Source: Lama guanicoe
Lineage: Eukaryota
Direction: 5' to 3'
Assembly (NCBI GenBank): GCA_013239625.1
Contig: MU053645.1
Location: forward strand, 1,294,274 to 1,358,273
DNA: 64,000 nucleotides
Made by a program: the position numbers and the translations under genes. How positions within the stretch are numbered: position 1 is the first letter of the stretch; each line of letters begins with the position of its first letter. Below the pieces are notes generated by a model. It did no database searches. It was not told the origin of the DNA and saw only the letters and a program-made list of their open reading frames with translations. Of the stretch, positions 48,083 through 62,000 are shown piece after piece.

Positions 48083-49250
48083 TTTTTTTATTGAAGTATA
48101 GTCAGTTTACAATGTTGTGTTAATTTCTGGTGTACAGCATAATGTTTCAGTCATACATATACATACATATATTCCTTTTCATATTCTTTTTCATTATAGG
48201 CCATTACAAGGCATTGAATATAATTCCCCATGTTATACAGTATGAACTTGTTGTTTATCTATTTTATATATACTAGTTAGCATCTGCAAATCTCAAACTC
48301 CCAATTTATCCCTTCCCACCCTCTTCCCCACCTGGTAACCATAAGTTTGTTTGCTATGTCTTTGAGTCTGTTTCTGTTTTGTAAATAAGTTCATCTGTGT
48401 CTTTTTTTTAGATTCTACATATAAGTGATATCATATGGTATTTTTCTTTCTCTTTCTGGCTTACTTCACTTAGAATGACAAAGTCCATTCATGTTGCTGT
48501 AAATGGCATTATTTTTTATGGCTGAGTAGTATTCCATTGTAAAACTCGTTTTTTTTTTATTGAGTTATAGTCAGTTTACAATGCTGTGTCAATTTCTGGT
48601 GTACAGCACAGTTTTTCAGTCATACATAAGTATACATATATTCATTTTCATATTCTTTTTCACCATGAGCTACTATAAGATCTCAAATATATTTCCCTGT
48701 GCTATACAGTATAAACTTGTTTATCTATTCTGTATATACCTCTCAGTATCTATAAATCTTGAACTCCCAGTCTGTCCCTACCTACCTGCTTCCCCACTGG
48801 CAACTACAAGTTTGTATTCTGTCTGTGAGTCTGTTTCTATTTTATATGTAAGTTCATTTGTCTTCTTTTTTTTTTTAGACTCCACATATGAGTGATATCA
48901 TATGGTATTTTTCTTTCTCTTTCTGGCTAACTTCTCTTAGAATGACATTCTCCAGGGATATCCTTGTTGCTGCAAATGGCATTATGTTGTCATTTTTATG
49001 GCTGAATAGTATTCTATTGTATAAATATACCACAGCTTCTTTATCTAGTCATCTGTTGATGGACATTTAGGTTGTTTCCATGTCTTGGTTATTATAAATA
49101 GTGCTGCTATGAACATTGGGGTTCATGTATCTTTTCAAATTAGAGTTTCCTCTGGATATATCACCAGGAATGGGACTACTGGATCATACGGTAAGTCTAT
49201 TTTTAGTTTTTTTGAGGAATCTCCATACTTTCTGAGGAATTTCCATACTA
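48083..49250 (-). mobile_element. Two adjacent L1 3' ends (48083-48541 and 48549-49250)
   Basis: Two poly(T)-attga..tatagtcagtttacaatg heads, each followed by L1 3'UTR. Confidence 0.92.
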
Positions 49251-52200
49251 AAATTTAAAAATGAAACTCATGTCTCTGTTTGCATCTGTCTGTATGTTTA
49301 TGTGTATGTTGTAGATGTGTAGTATTTTCTACCTTTGGACAGTATTACTAAAATTAATTTGTAAAGGAGTTCTGTTTAATTAACTTAAATAAGCACTTAT
49401 ATAAATTTAGTATTCATTAAAATTCTCCAGAATATAGTAGAAACTAACCCAAATGACTCTCAGGTTAATGTGATCTGGGAAAATATTAAGTATTAAATTT
49501 AGTTTAAGTTTATTGGTTGATTATAATAGACATGTCTTAAAGTTATCAACATTGAATATAATGAAAACATAAAACTTTTATTCTACCTGGGTTTATTAAT
49601 CAAGTAAGTTCATATTATAAAATTTGTCAGCAATAAAGATAACTTGGTATGATGAAATTTTTGTAAGTAATCTAAACCTAATTGTTGAAACCAAGTCAAT
49701 AAAATAGAGGTAAGTAGAATAAAAAGGTTTTAGGTGAACTTTTTAAATAGTTCTTGAAATCTTTTTGGTAACCTGAAACCATAAAGTTTTGCTAGGTTAA
49801 ATTAAATGGTGAGTCAAATTAAATTCATTGAATATCCAGTTCATTTCCAAATAAGAAAAAATGCTGAAACATTAATTACTGAACACAGGCTTATCCATTT
49901 TTTGCTTCCTTTCATAGAGAAATTAAAGATATTTGAAACTATTAATAAACATGTTTTATGCCATGCTGAGAAATTTTCTATGAGAAAGCATGTTTCTAGA
50001 AATTACTAAAGCATTTGTATTTGCCAATCCACAGAATGCTAATGTAAAAGAGAGTTCATAATTGCTTACTTCTTAATTTTCACTAGAAATTAGAAATTTC
50101 TAAGGGTTAAAAATTCTAATATATGTGGTTAAAACTACTGGAAATAATAAGGAAAAGAAATTTTATGTGTGGTCAGGACTGCCTAAGATTAGAATGAATT
50201 TAATTCAGTCAATAAGTTTTAATATCAAAAATAAGCTGCTGCAAAATTAGAATTTGGTTTTTCTCTCTGGTAAAGGAACAAAGTTTTCTTGGATTATTGT
50301 TTTCTCTGATAATAAGAGATTATAGAAAGTTTTTCTTTACCTTTTAAGTAATCTGCCTAAAAAAAACAAAGCTCTTGTCTCTTGTCAAAATAATCACTTA
50401 TGTTCCATGTTGCCTTTATCAAGTCTTTGATTACTTAAACCTGGTACTCTCAGTATTAAAAGAGCTAAGTTCTGCTCAAGACTATGTAGCCTTCTATATT
50501 TGCCTGTGAAGTGTTTAACTGTCGCTTTGGTTAAATAGATAAGTATTTTTTCACAGTGACCAATGTTCCTATTTGACCAAGTGTTTTAAAACCTTTTGAT
50601 TATTTTTTAACAAACTTCCCCAAAATCAAAATCTAAATGAAATCTTTTTGACCTCAAGCTAACTTTGGGATTTTCCACAGGGTCCTTAGAATATCTCAAA
50701 GGATTTGTTCTCTCTCCTTAAAAAAGGGAGATGTTAAGCTAATTAGGCTTATTTGATATGTTAAATTAGATGGGAAGCATTGTCAAAAAAGAAATAAGCT
50801 TTCTTTATGTTATATCCATTGTAAGTATATGTAAGTATATGTTAAATCTGGTCTGTTCTAGGATAATTCAGTTATTATCTTAAAATATTGTCTGTTACAG
50901 AAATAATCAAATTTCTTTGTCAATTCCATTATGGTGAATTCTCATCAGATCTTTAATAATGGGCATTTTTAAGTCTTTCGTCACTTACAGAGTTATTGTC
51001 TTTATCCTGATGCTTATACAAAAACATTCCTATGAAAGTGCTTCACTCTTCCAGGAGATTCATAGAAAGAACTTTTGACAAATACAGGTTTCTGATAACT
51101 TTAAGATCATAAAAGTGAACCGGGTAAGAATTTCCAGAACTAATGAAAAAACTGGATTTAAGCAGAGCAAGTATTAGTTACACGGGGCTGAATGAATTGA
51201 GCAGATGAAACATTTACTGATTTCTTAATGTTTTGTTTGTTCAGATTTAAGGAAATCTTTTTTCTCTTTTCCTCTTAAAGCGGACAGCAATTTGGTAAAA
51301 TACAACTTTGTAAACAAAGATGAGGATTTACTTTTTCTCCCTACCTGATCTCTCCAAAATTTGGAAACCCTTGAGTATTCTTTTCATGGCAATATAGTAT
51401 GTTATTTATGTAGTTCAACACAAATCTGTTCCCCGTGTAACAAGATACAATTAGAAACACTGGCTATATAACTGAGGCTTTGACTGAAGTATCATAATTG
51501 AGAGAGATGTGCATAGACTCAGATATGACCAGACAGCTTTAAGGAACTGTTTGAACTTTGGCTTGAATTCTTGGCCTCTAGAGGTTTTTTAAGAGTTCAA
51601 TCTGAGATTCCTTATAAACAGTTCCAGAAAAGCAATCTTAGAGTTTATCTGGTTAATCACTATTTCTTGCTGCACTTATGTAAATAATCAAGCCAACTTT
51701 AACGCAAATAAATGAAGTTTTACTGTGATAATCCTTGGGGGAAAATAGAGAGAATTACAGAGAGAAAAATTCTGCTTGCACCAATGTAGATACTACATTC
51801 TCGTTCTGTTAACTGTCTTTGAGGCTGTGTTATGTACCTGTAAACTGGACTGGATCCTGAATTTTTCTAGTTTTTTCAAGTGTCTGTTATAACTCTCCAA
51901 ATTAACATTTTCAATTTTCTCCCACCCTTCTGATTTGGATTCACTAAGAACAAACACTGCCCTTGAATCTCCTTGGAAGGGACTATACCAGGTCCTTCTC
52001 ATTACCCAGACGGCAGCCAAACTTCAAAGACTCAAGCCCTGAGTACACATCTCACAGCTACAGTCTCCACCTGGCATTTGTTCCAATATAAGTGCTGGAG
52101 ACATCCACATCAATTTCTCTAGGAAGAGAAGCAGTTGACATGGAGGTAGACACAAGAGACTGGATCAAAACTTCATACCCTAACCGAACATGAAATGCTT

Positions 52201-53349
52201 TCTTCTTCCCTTTCTTTCTTTTACTCTGGTATTGGCCTGAAAAGATACCATCATCTGTATCTCCAAGGCCATTGCTGAGGAGTGTAACCTTTCAGACTGC
52301 TGGATTTGTCATCAAAATCACTGCTCTGTTCATGATGCTCAAGACCTCGCTGGTTGACAACTCCAAACTTGGGGAACTTTGTGTCCAGGATCTATGCAAA
52401 GAAAAGGACACAATGCTAGGGTGACCAGAATAAAACTGCCTGTGTGATCTATAGACCCTTAAAATTTTACTGGTCTCCATGGCTGTCACTTTTCCAGTCC
52501 TGAGCCACAGATTTAAATAGGAATTACTAGGAGGCATTCATGACTCAAAAATAGTTCTCTTTGCCAGATCCATACTTCCCTGGTTAAGAATAAATTCAGC
52601 TTGAGGCTATGATCAGGAACCTCTCCTTAACTCTTGAAACCACTTGGTTTAAAAAGGTGACTCCTTCAAGGGGGTCTTTCTTTGACTTATCTGATTTTGA
52701 TTGGGGGACCATGGTTCTGAAGTTCACTTCATATATTGGGAATTTATAATAATCATAGTTTATATTAGTCATAGTAATCTCCCTGGTACATTGTAGTCTC
52801 TCAAAAGTTTGAAATGCATGTTTGCAGCTGCTAACCACCAAGCAAATTATCTCCCTAAGACTGAAACATCAGAAAAGGAATGAAGAGAATGACTGGCTTA
52901 AAGATTGTGAACCGGAAGCCATGATCTGTGAATATCAGAGATTAAGCAAAAATGTCATGACCTATGGATACCACATAAAGGCTCAACAAAAACTGCAGGG
53001 ACTACAGAGTGGTAGCTGAGAGTGGTGCCAATGCCTTCAATTTTCATCATATTTCTCAGTTAAGCTGAGAATCTGATAAAAAAAAAGGAATTGTTAAAAA
53101 AAAAGAAATAACAGGCCCCAAATGAAGTCACTTGTGCTAAGCCCCGCATCAGCAAACCAAGATTTAATACCTAACCGTTCTATCTATAAAAGCCTTCCAT
53201 TTTGTACAACTCCTTGAAAGCCCTTTCTACTTGCTAGATGGGATGCTGCCTGATTCATGAATCATTCGATAAATCCAATTTGATCTTTAAAACTTACTTA
53301 GTTGAATATTTGCTATTTAACAATAGTTAGCATAAAATAAATGACCACT

Positions 53350-54140
53350 CAATATAAGACTATTAAATGCAAATGGCACAGCTACTCTATAAAAGAGTAT
53401 GAAAGAATCTGACAAAATTAAACATCCAGCTACCATATGACCAAGAATTTGAATTTCTGGGCATTTATCCTAGAGAAATGAAGACTTATGTTCACATACA
53501 AGGCTGTACATGAATGCTTATAGCAGCTTTAATTTTAATAGCCCCAAATCAAAAAAATCCAGATTTCCTTAGCTAGAGGAATGGTTAAACAAACTGTGAT
53601 AAGCTTACCATGGAATGCTACTCTGAAAAAAAAGGAACAAGCTATTGATACACAAAACAACTTGGATGAATCGCCAGAGAATTGTGCTAGGTGAAAAAGT
53701 CAATTTCAAAAGGTTATGTACTATCTAATTCATTCTAGAAATGACAAAATTATGGAGATGGAGAACAGAGTAGTAGTTGCCAGTAGTCAGGGACGAGGAA
53801 CAGGAGAGATAGCTGTGACTATTAAAGGGTAGCACAAGGGATGAAACTGTGCTGTAACTTGATTTTGGTGGTGGTCACAAGAACATACATATGTGATAAA
53901 ACTACATGGAACTAAATATGTGCAAACACATACAAATAAGTGCATGTAAAACTAATGAAATTTGAATAAGGTTGATGGATTATGTCAGTATCAATTTCCT
54001 GGTTGTACTATATAGTGTATTTTTATACTATAGTTTTGCAAGATATCTTTGGGGGAAATGGTATAATGGGTGTACTGGGTCTCACTATATTAGTTCTTAC
54101 AACTGCATATGTCTCTAGTATCTCAAAATAAAAGTTTAAG
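53350..54140 (+). mobile_element. L1MC-type 3' end
   Basis: gggcatttatcctagagaaatgaagacttatgttcaca...tcaatttcctggttg...ctcaaaataaaagttt. Confidence 0.85.
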
Positions 54141-54564
54141 AGAGACCATTAATGTCTTTCTTCTAAAATAGGCAAAACCCAATATAATCTGCCATTATAG
54201 ACATAAGGCCCCTTCTACATCTGGGCTACCTTATAGCTTACAGTAGACAAAAGGCAATTTTTAAAATGCTTTCTTGGGATCTTGGATTTAAACTTTTACC
54301 ACTACTTAGAATCAATTTAATGTGTGGGATGGGTTTCCACTTCCAATTTAACCCCAGAGAACTGTCTAAAGAAACCTGTTAGCCATCACGCCACTCACAA
54401 ATCAGCAGACACAGAAGTGCCTCCATAAAATCTGGGATTCACAGTCAGCCAAACCTGGGTTTGAACTCTTTCTCTGCAACCTCACTGATTAGCTTTGTGA
54501 TAATGACCAAGTCATTGAACCTCATTATACCTGGTTTTTTGTGATGCTGAAATTTAAAAATTTG

Positions 54565-54738
54565 GTAGAACAAGGACCTACTATATAGCACAGGGAACTA
54601 AATTCAATATCTCATAATAACCTATAATGGAAAAAATCTGAAGAATATATATAAAACTGAATCACTGCTGTACACCTGAAACTAGCACAACATTGTAAAT
54701 CAACTATACTTCAATTTTTTTAAATTAAAAATAAAAGA
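54565..54738 (+). mobile_element. Artiodactyl L1 3' tail
   Basis: aacaaggacctactatatagcacagggaacta...ctgtacacctgaaactagcacaacattgtaaatcaactatacttcaa. Confidence 0.88.
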
Positions 54739-56665
54739 ATCAAGCCAAAAAATTAAATTAACATTTGGCATTAAAGCTAGCTTAAGCTTGCTGGTTTAAT
54801 CCCCAAAAAAAGACATTGGTGGAAAAAGGTAAAGCATTCTAGGTAGTAAGTATGTTTCTTCTACCATCACTTAACACACACACTGTGCCCTAAAACAGTT
54901 CCCATTCATGCAAATATGTATATTTTAAAAATGAAGACAATAGTCTCTAGGGAACTCAGACACTTCAGGGGAATTAAATTATTTTAATAAAAGTGACATC
55001 AATTTCCTGGTTGTGACATTATACTGCAGTTATGGAAGATGAAACCATTAAGGGAAAGTGGGTAGAGGGTACATGGGACTTCTCTGTACTACTTTTGCAA
55101 TATTATAAGAATCTATAATTACTTCAAAATTTAAAAGGTTTTTTAAAAAGAGAGAAATGCATCATGATTCTGAAGTTATTGAACATTTCATATTCATCAT
55201 TTAAAACTTTGTAAAAATTTGATTCCTTCCCTCCAAACAAATACTTTAAAATATTTTTTCTTAAATCTCAGCATTAAGTGAGACCTTGGAAGTTATCCAG
55301 ATTAGCTGATACAGAAGTCCCTTGCACAATGTCCCTACCATTATTATTCAATTTAATAGGAAACTCACTCCCTACTAAACAAACTCATCTATTTAAAAGC
55401 AGATCTAATACTTTGAAAACTTTTCTTTACATTAACCTGAAATCTGCCTCCATCTAATTTTCGCCTTTGGTTCATATTTTTCACCAATCCTCATTTCCAA
55501 GGAAGTAAGAAAGCATTTTTGGTAGACTTCTAGTATATTAAATAAATCATCCTTTTCCATGTGGACAAGGGAGTAAGACAGGTGTCTGATACCTCTCTCT
55601 TTTTCATCCCAAAAGGCAGATAACTGCTATTGTTTCCTGTAGAAACATCGACCAATAATCAGCAGGACTTAACAAATACAACAACATATAGTGATAACAA
55701 TAGGAAATGACAAGACCGTGCTTTGGATTTACATAACACCTTTTCTCTGAACGGCACCTAATAACAAGGCTGGTGCCAGTGCCTCTTCTGTCTTAGAAGC
55801 AAGGAGCTTCTTGCAAACACCTTGTCATATGGATAGGAAATTTCGAAATGTGTGCTTTTTATTATCCATTGCATTATGAAAAGTTAAGGGGGAGAAAAGG
55901 ATTTCTCTGAGCACTATCCAGGTGTAAAGAATTAATACTCCTTTGGATTTGCTGGAAATTTACATGTGAAATACTCATTAATGCAAATGTGAATTCTGGA
56001 ACTGTGTAAATCTTCCATATCAAAGAAAAAAAAATACTATCTGGAAGACTTCAACTGACATATTCTATGAACTCTCTGAGATTCCTAACTAATTGATTTT
56101 CCTTTTAATCACTGCCCCATCCCCACTGCTGCCCCCACAATGGGAAAAAAATGTATTTTTCATTATGAAAATCAATGCAGCTCTCTTTTTCCTTGACCAA
56201 GCTCAGAATTGGAACTATAAGTGTGACATGACCCTTTAAAACCTTCTTTTGCAGCCAAATCCTTTGCACTCGCTGGTTCCCATGTGACAGCAAGGGCTTC
56301 TGGCCCCTGGGTCACTGAGCACTCATAAAAAATCCCTTGTTAGTAATTATTGTTATTATTTTCCCTTTAGTAAGTGGCAATAATGTCCATCTAGACTAAA
56401 AGGCCACATCCTGTGTCCTCCTCCCAATAGCTCATGAAATGGTTTGATACTGCTTCAAAATATCAAATTCTGTCCTTGGTTGTTTTTGGTGGTAGCTGAG
56501 CAGCAGGAGTGAGGAAAGGTCTGCAAGATTGTCAGCTGTGGGGAATATACACAGCAATTGGTCATGGATGCAAACGTGGAAGCCAGGATCAGGAGAGCTG
56601 AGCTAAGTCTGAGGACAGAGGAAAGGGAATTAGCACAAGAGTGAGGCAGTTCTGGGAAAATGAAA

Positions 56666-57777
56666 TGAAGCAGAACCCTGAGGGCCCCTCCACAAGTACA
56701 AAAGCCCCTCCGTGTCCCTTGCCTCTTATTTGTAGAAAAGCTGAAGCTTCCCAGGCCTCCCTGAGTCACAAAAGAGCTAGTTCAACCAGTTAATGATTAG
56801 GACAATAAAGTCACAGACTCAGTGTCTGGTGCACATTCCTGAGTCATTTTACAGATACTGTAACTGCCACCAGAGGGAAAAAGCTAACTTCTTGATGACC
56901 AGACTGCAGCCATGTCATAAGCTGCTCCATCTTGAGCAGTACTGGAACCATGGCTAGCACCATTCCAAGAACTGGCCTCAAGAGAATGGGATTAACACTA
57001 TTGCTCATCATAATCTATATCTTTGTGGATATCAAAATAATTGTAGCTTGTTCTGCCTGTATATGTCAGCAGGCAACTAAAATTGTCAGCAAAGAGATGC
57101 TACCGACCCATGTCAACATCTTCCACTCGAAGATTTTGACACCCTCCCAGTATGATGCAGTTACAGAAGACGGACCTACACCACTAACCCCATAGAAATG
57201 GAATGATATCTGACAAGTGGGGATTTGTAAGTAGCTCTTTTGCCCCTTTTCCTTTTTCTGTTTCTGCTCCCCTTAAACCTTAATTATAGAAATGAGATTA
57301 CTAGGTAACATTTAACCTAACTCCTGACTTCTGCTCTAATGAATGTACACAATGCCTTGCCTAACATGTTGATTCCTTTGCTGGATTAAAAGGAATAATA
57401 ATGAAGACTTAAGTAGTTAAAGAATGACTCACTCTCTACTCCCAGCTTCCCCCCTTAGCAAATTTGCAGGTGGATAACATGGGTAAGATAGCATCCAAAG
57501 GAAGATCAGGAGAAGTCAGCAGGTCTGCACGCAATGGAAAAGTGATGAAGAATCTGACCTCCTACCTTAATGATTAACTGAATTGTTTCCACTTTTTCCG
57601 TTTAAAATTTGTCATGGCCGAGCAGAATCCTTGGAATTGGTCTCCAGACATGGATCCACCTTCTCCCCAGATTGCTGGCTTCTCTGAATAAAGCAACTTT
57701 CCTTTCTTTTCTACTGACACTTGCCCCTCAATTATTGGCTTTTGAGCCATGAGCAGCCAAGCCTGAGCTCAGTAACA
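56666..57777 (+). mobile_element. Long (1112 bp) ERV1-type solo LTR
   Basis: tgaagcagaaccc...aataaagcaactttcc...tggcttttgagc...ctcagtaaca; perfect 4-bp TSD gaaa/gaaa. Confidence 0.85.
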
Positions 57778-58269
57778 GAAAGACTTGAGACTCAGTGCCC
57801 AAGGCAGAGGCTTGTATGAGCATTCCAGAATTGGAGTGAGGGTAAGGAGCCAGAAACAAAAGGTCAAAGCAAAACAGCAAGATGGAGTCAGGGCTCAAAG
57901 GCAACATAAGGCACAGGAAGTTAGGAAGTATTCAGGAAGTTAGAGGTCCAGTAGGTAGATTAGCATCACAAAGTCATAAACATCAGGGGCAGAGCAGGTG
58001 GAAAAATAAAAATTCAAGCAAGTAGGTTGACCCCAGGAGGACTACAGGAAGAGGATAAAGGTGGGGGTAAGGCAACAGCAATGAAAAGTACCTGGACAAC
58101 TGAGACATTTTACTTTACCCTACTGTCCTGTTGCATACATACATTGTCCCTCACTTTTACTGATGTCTTCCCTGACCACCCTATTTAAAATTGCAGCCTT
58201 ATACTGAATATGTCCTACTTGCCCTCCAGGCTTTCCATCCTTCTTCATCCTATTCTCTGTTCCTCCCTC

Positions 58270-58655
58270 CAGGACTGACGAGGTAGAATATATCAGTGGG
58301 CTTCCTCACTCTCCTGGCTTCCTATTATGTTTGGCCAGTGGGAAGACCAGGAGGAGGTCTGAGGGAGGAAGGAGAGTTGGGGTATAAGTTCACGCAATTC
58401 TCTCACTGCAAGATCGTCTAGGGCTGGCTGAGTCCCTTGGCCTAAGGTTACAGTGTTTGTCAGAAGGCTTTTCCATACAATCCTCGGTCTCCTGTCCTTC
58501 TGGTGCCTTCTCTCTCCTTTTGACCCTTCAAGTCCTAGGGGTGGTAACTGAGTCCTGCTGTACACTATCCTTTGTGGGTTACCTATATCCTGCCTACACC
58601 CTTGTAAATAGTTCCTTTAGGAAATATTACTCAAAGTATCCCATCTGAGGGCCCC
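58270..58655 (+). mobile_element. LTR16-like ERV-L LTR fragment within L2-like sequence
   Basis: tggcttcct...tttggccagtgggaagaccaggaggaggtctgagggaggaaggagag...ccttgtaaatagttccttta. Confidence 0.7.
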
Positions 58656-61182
58656 CTCTTCCCTGCCTTATTTTTCTCTACTCTGTCTACTTATTCTATC
58701 TAAACTATCTGTTTTATTTCTTTGTCTTGCCTATTGTCTGCCTCTCTCAACCAAAATGTCAGGGCAGGGATTTTGATTTGTTTTAGTCAATTTGAACATG
58801 GTAAGCACTTATAAATATTTGTTGAATGACTAAATAAATGCATGAATATAGAGATAGACAAAGGCCAGATCATGCAAGGCTTTGCAGACAATAGTGAGAA
58901 GATTGCATATTATTCTGTGTACAATAGGAAGCCATTTAAGAAGAATTTCATGCAAGAGTGGGATTAGATCTGATTTAAGTTTTAAGATCACTCTCAGTGC
59001 TGTGGAGAATGGAACTTGAGTGATGAGCTAAATGTCCCTTGTCACAGTTCAAGAGAAAGCCTAGAATAGGTGGTGGTGGTGGTAGAGGGAGAGAAAGACA
59101 AAAGTGATCATATGAGTGAGACTCCTCCCGGAGCCTCCTCAAGCCAGAGGCCATAAATGGTGCTTGTTCATTAATCAGAGCTGGTTTGGCTTGGTTGAGG
59201 ATGTTCTCAGTACCCCCACACAATGATCTAAGCAGGAGTTACCCAGCTCCGTAACGTTCTGGACATATTTGCTGGATCTTAGCAATTCAGAACATGTAGG
59301 TTAAGTTTGAGGAAAAACCTGTTGGGAAACTACTTGACATGGGATTTTCACAAGGGTGTAAAAATATTCCTCACACTCAAAACTGAGATGTAAAAGTGTC
59401 AAAGCATCATAAGAGCTTCTGAATAATAGGATTTTTAAATAAGAACCTGAGTACTTAAAAAGAAAACAATACAATGTAGAAACCATTAATCCAAACAATA
59501 ATCTGCCTATGCTGTGCAGCCAAAAGAAGAGTCTTTTTTTTCCTCTCTAGAAAAATGTTCTGTGATTCCATTAGCAGATAATATGCTTCAGAAAAGTGAT
59601 TTCACATGTAGACAAATTCCAACTCGGTAGCAAGCAATTATATATCAATGTTTCTGAAATGGCATTAAAGCTTAAAAAATGCTAGGAGTCCTCTTGTCAG
59701 AGCAGATATTTAGAATACTTTCCCCCAGGAGCTTCCTCAATACATTATCCATCACAGAAAAATGGAATTTTACCTCATCTATTATGCTAGGCAGGTTCAA
59801 AGGGCTTTTAGAAGACATCAAAGACCTAAAGTCCCTATTCCTGGTGGATTAAATTATTTTCCTAATAGCATCTATAATTCCTAGTCTTTCAGCATTTGAA
59901 ACAGGACGATGACACCATATTATTCTCTGGGTCTTTAGAGTAAGTGAAAGACACTCCACCATAGACTTACTGACTAAATGGTAAGTGTTCTGGGGTCCCT
60001 ACAGTGATGTCAAATCCCAGCAAAGACTAAATTGGGATGAAACCTATCTACCCATGGACATACTTCTTACACTTTGAGTTCTGTGGGATCTATGGGATAA
60101 GATGTTACTCTTAGAAATTAGTGCTTAAAATAGCAATCCCATAAGAGGGTTAGAAAGTCTGGAAGAGAGGGGTGTGGGACTCTCTCTTGGATCAGAAAAT
60201 ACCATTGAAGCCAAAAGTGTGGTTCCCAAGTGCTCATTTGTAAACTCATGCCGGCCCACGATGATTTTACTTGACCATGGTGAAATGAGAAAAACATGGA
60301 CAGTATGTGTTTTCAAAAGCTAAAATCATACAATATTTTTATTATAAAATTATATTCCATTTCCTTCTCTTAAAATGTTTCTTCTTTCATAAAATAATAA
60401 TGTGAAGTTGGTAGATGAGTTTTGTTTTTATAACATCCTTACTTGGTAAGATAAAATGCTAGTGGTTCTATATCAGTCCATCCATTTGGTGGAGTTGGGG
60501 GGGGAATTTCATTAATTTATGGAATCTAAATGTGGTGATCATTGGCCTAGATGATTTTCCATATTCACAAAATATTGAAAGATCCAGGCCCAGGACATAA
60601 ATCACACTCTCCTTCCTTTGTGATTTCACAGCACATTACCTAGACAAGTATTACGGCACTGACAATTTTTGCCCTCCCTCAATCCCTGTGAATGTGAAGT
60701 TAAAGGAGGAATGAGCACTCCTCTTATAGCTTTTCCAACGTGGCTCTGCAGCTTATCTTGCCTGTGCACTGGCCATGAATGCAACCCACTGCAGAAGGGA
60801 CATCTTCAGAGTAAGGCTAATCCTTCCCTTGTATGAGAGGAAAACTAGCATTTTTCAAAGTATTTTTTCCCTCCAGCTGCTTCTCAGGACACAATTTTTA
60901 GGCTTCTCTGAATTCTGAAATTAGCCTTCTTCAAGGAAGACTTTGCAACACCCTCTTCATGACCAGATACGAAACCAGATGGGGTCTGGCCAATTCCTCC
61001 TTTAGGAAAAACACTTGCCAGAATTTTTTTTTTTATTGTAAATGCTTTTCTGAACACATCAGCTGTACTGGGGTCACAATATACATACATCTGAAATCGC
61101 TACAATGATCTATTCATTTGTTCATTATTTCAGGAAACACTACAGATCTCCTGTATGCATGGCACTATGGGCACAAAGGGAG

Positions 61183-61661
61183 TGTATTAGAGTTCAGAGA
61201 TACAGAACTAATGGGGTATAGAAGGAGTTTTATTATTAAGAATTGACTCATGCAATTATAGAGGCTGGGAAATCTCACAATCTGCCACTTGCAACCTGGA
61301 GACTTAGGAAAGCTAGTGGTTTAATTTAGTCTAAGTCTGAAGGTCTGAGAACCAGGGGAGCCAAAGATTTAAGTCCTAGTTCATGGGCAGGAGAAGAGGG
61401 GATGAGATGTCCCAGCTCAAGCAACAAGGCAGAAAAAAAAGAGGTGAATTTTTTCTTCTACCTTTTTGTTCTATTCAGGTCCTCAATGGATTGGATGGAT
61501 GGTCACCCACATTGGGGAGGGGAATCTATTTTAATGAATCCACTAATTCAAACAATAATCTCATCCAGAAACACTCTCACAGATATAGGCAGAAATAACA
61601 TTTAACTAGATAACTGGATATCCCCTGATCCAGTCAAGTTGATATATAAAATTAACTACCA
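61183..61661 (-). mobile_element. MLT2 (ERV-L) LTR
   Basis: tgtattagagttc...gaattgactcatgcaattatagaggctggga...ccagtcaagttgatatataaaattaactaccac. Confidence 0.88.
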
Positions 61662-61749
61662 CGGAGGGTATATGAATACTGAAAACATACTTCTTGTCCT
61701 CAAATAGCCTTAAAAGATAATTCAGGAATGAGAAGCATCCAAAACATAA

Positions 61750-62000
61750 TAACAAAAGAGCTAACATTTACAAAACACTATTGGCCAAGTACGTGCTAAA
61801 TGCTATACACATTTAAAATGTTTTAATCCTCACAGTCCTATGAGGGAGGTGCTATTATTATCATCTCCATTTTGGAGATAAGGAAGCTGAGACATGAATA
61901 GGTTAAGTAAATTACTCTAAATCACACTCCTATTACATGCTAGAGCTAGTACCAAACCCTGACAGTCTGACTCCGCAGCTCAAGCCATTAACCACTATGT
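61750..62000 (-). mobile_element. MIR SINE
   Basis: ttaatcctcacagtcctatgag...ctccattttggagataaggaagctgagac...cagtctgactcc. Confidence 0.85.

Larger units (their letters stand above)
42062..53322 (+). mobile_element. Defective two-LTR ERV1 (MER4/MER34-group-like) provirus
   Basis: LTRs 42062-42440 and 53092-53322; TSD atgg/atag; Leu-like PBS TGGTGGCAGTGACAGGA at 42445. gag MA/CA 43070-44157 (PWSKTELRAIVKEF), NC knuckle CFICNQLGHWK ~44877, protease remnant LINIRATFSIL ~45115, IN remnant PWKGLYQVLLITQTAAKL ~51970, env SU NLSDCWICH ~52290, PPT before the 3' LTR. Confidence 0.92.

Noticed and set aside
60730..60810. Possible 81-nt exon (tag|CTTTTCC...CAGA|gtaagg) open in two frames
   Set aside because: Short pyrimidine tract, unrecognisable peptides and no partner exons.
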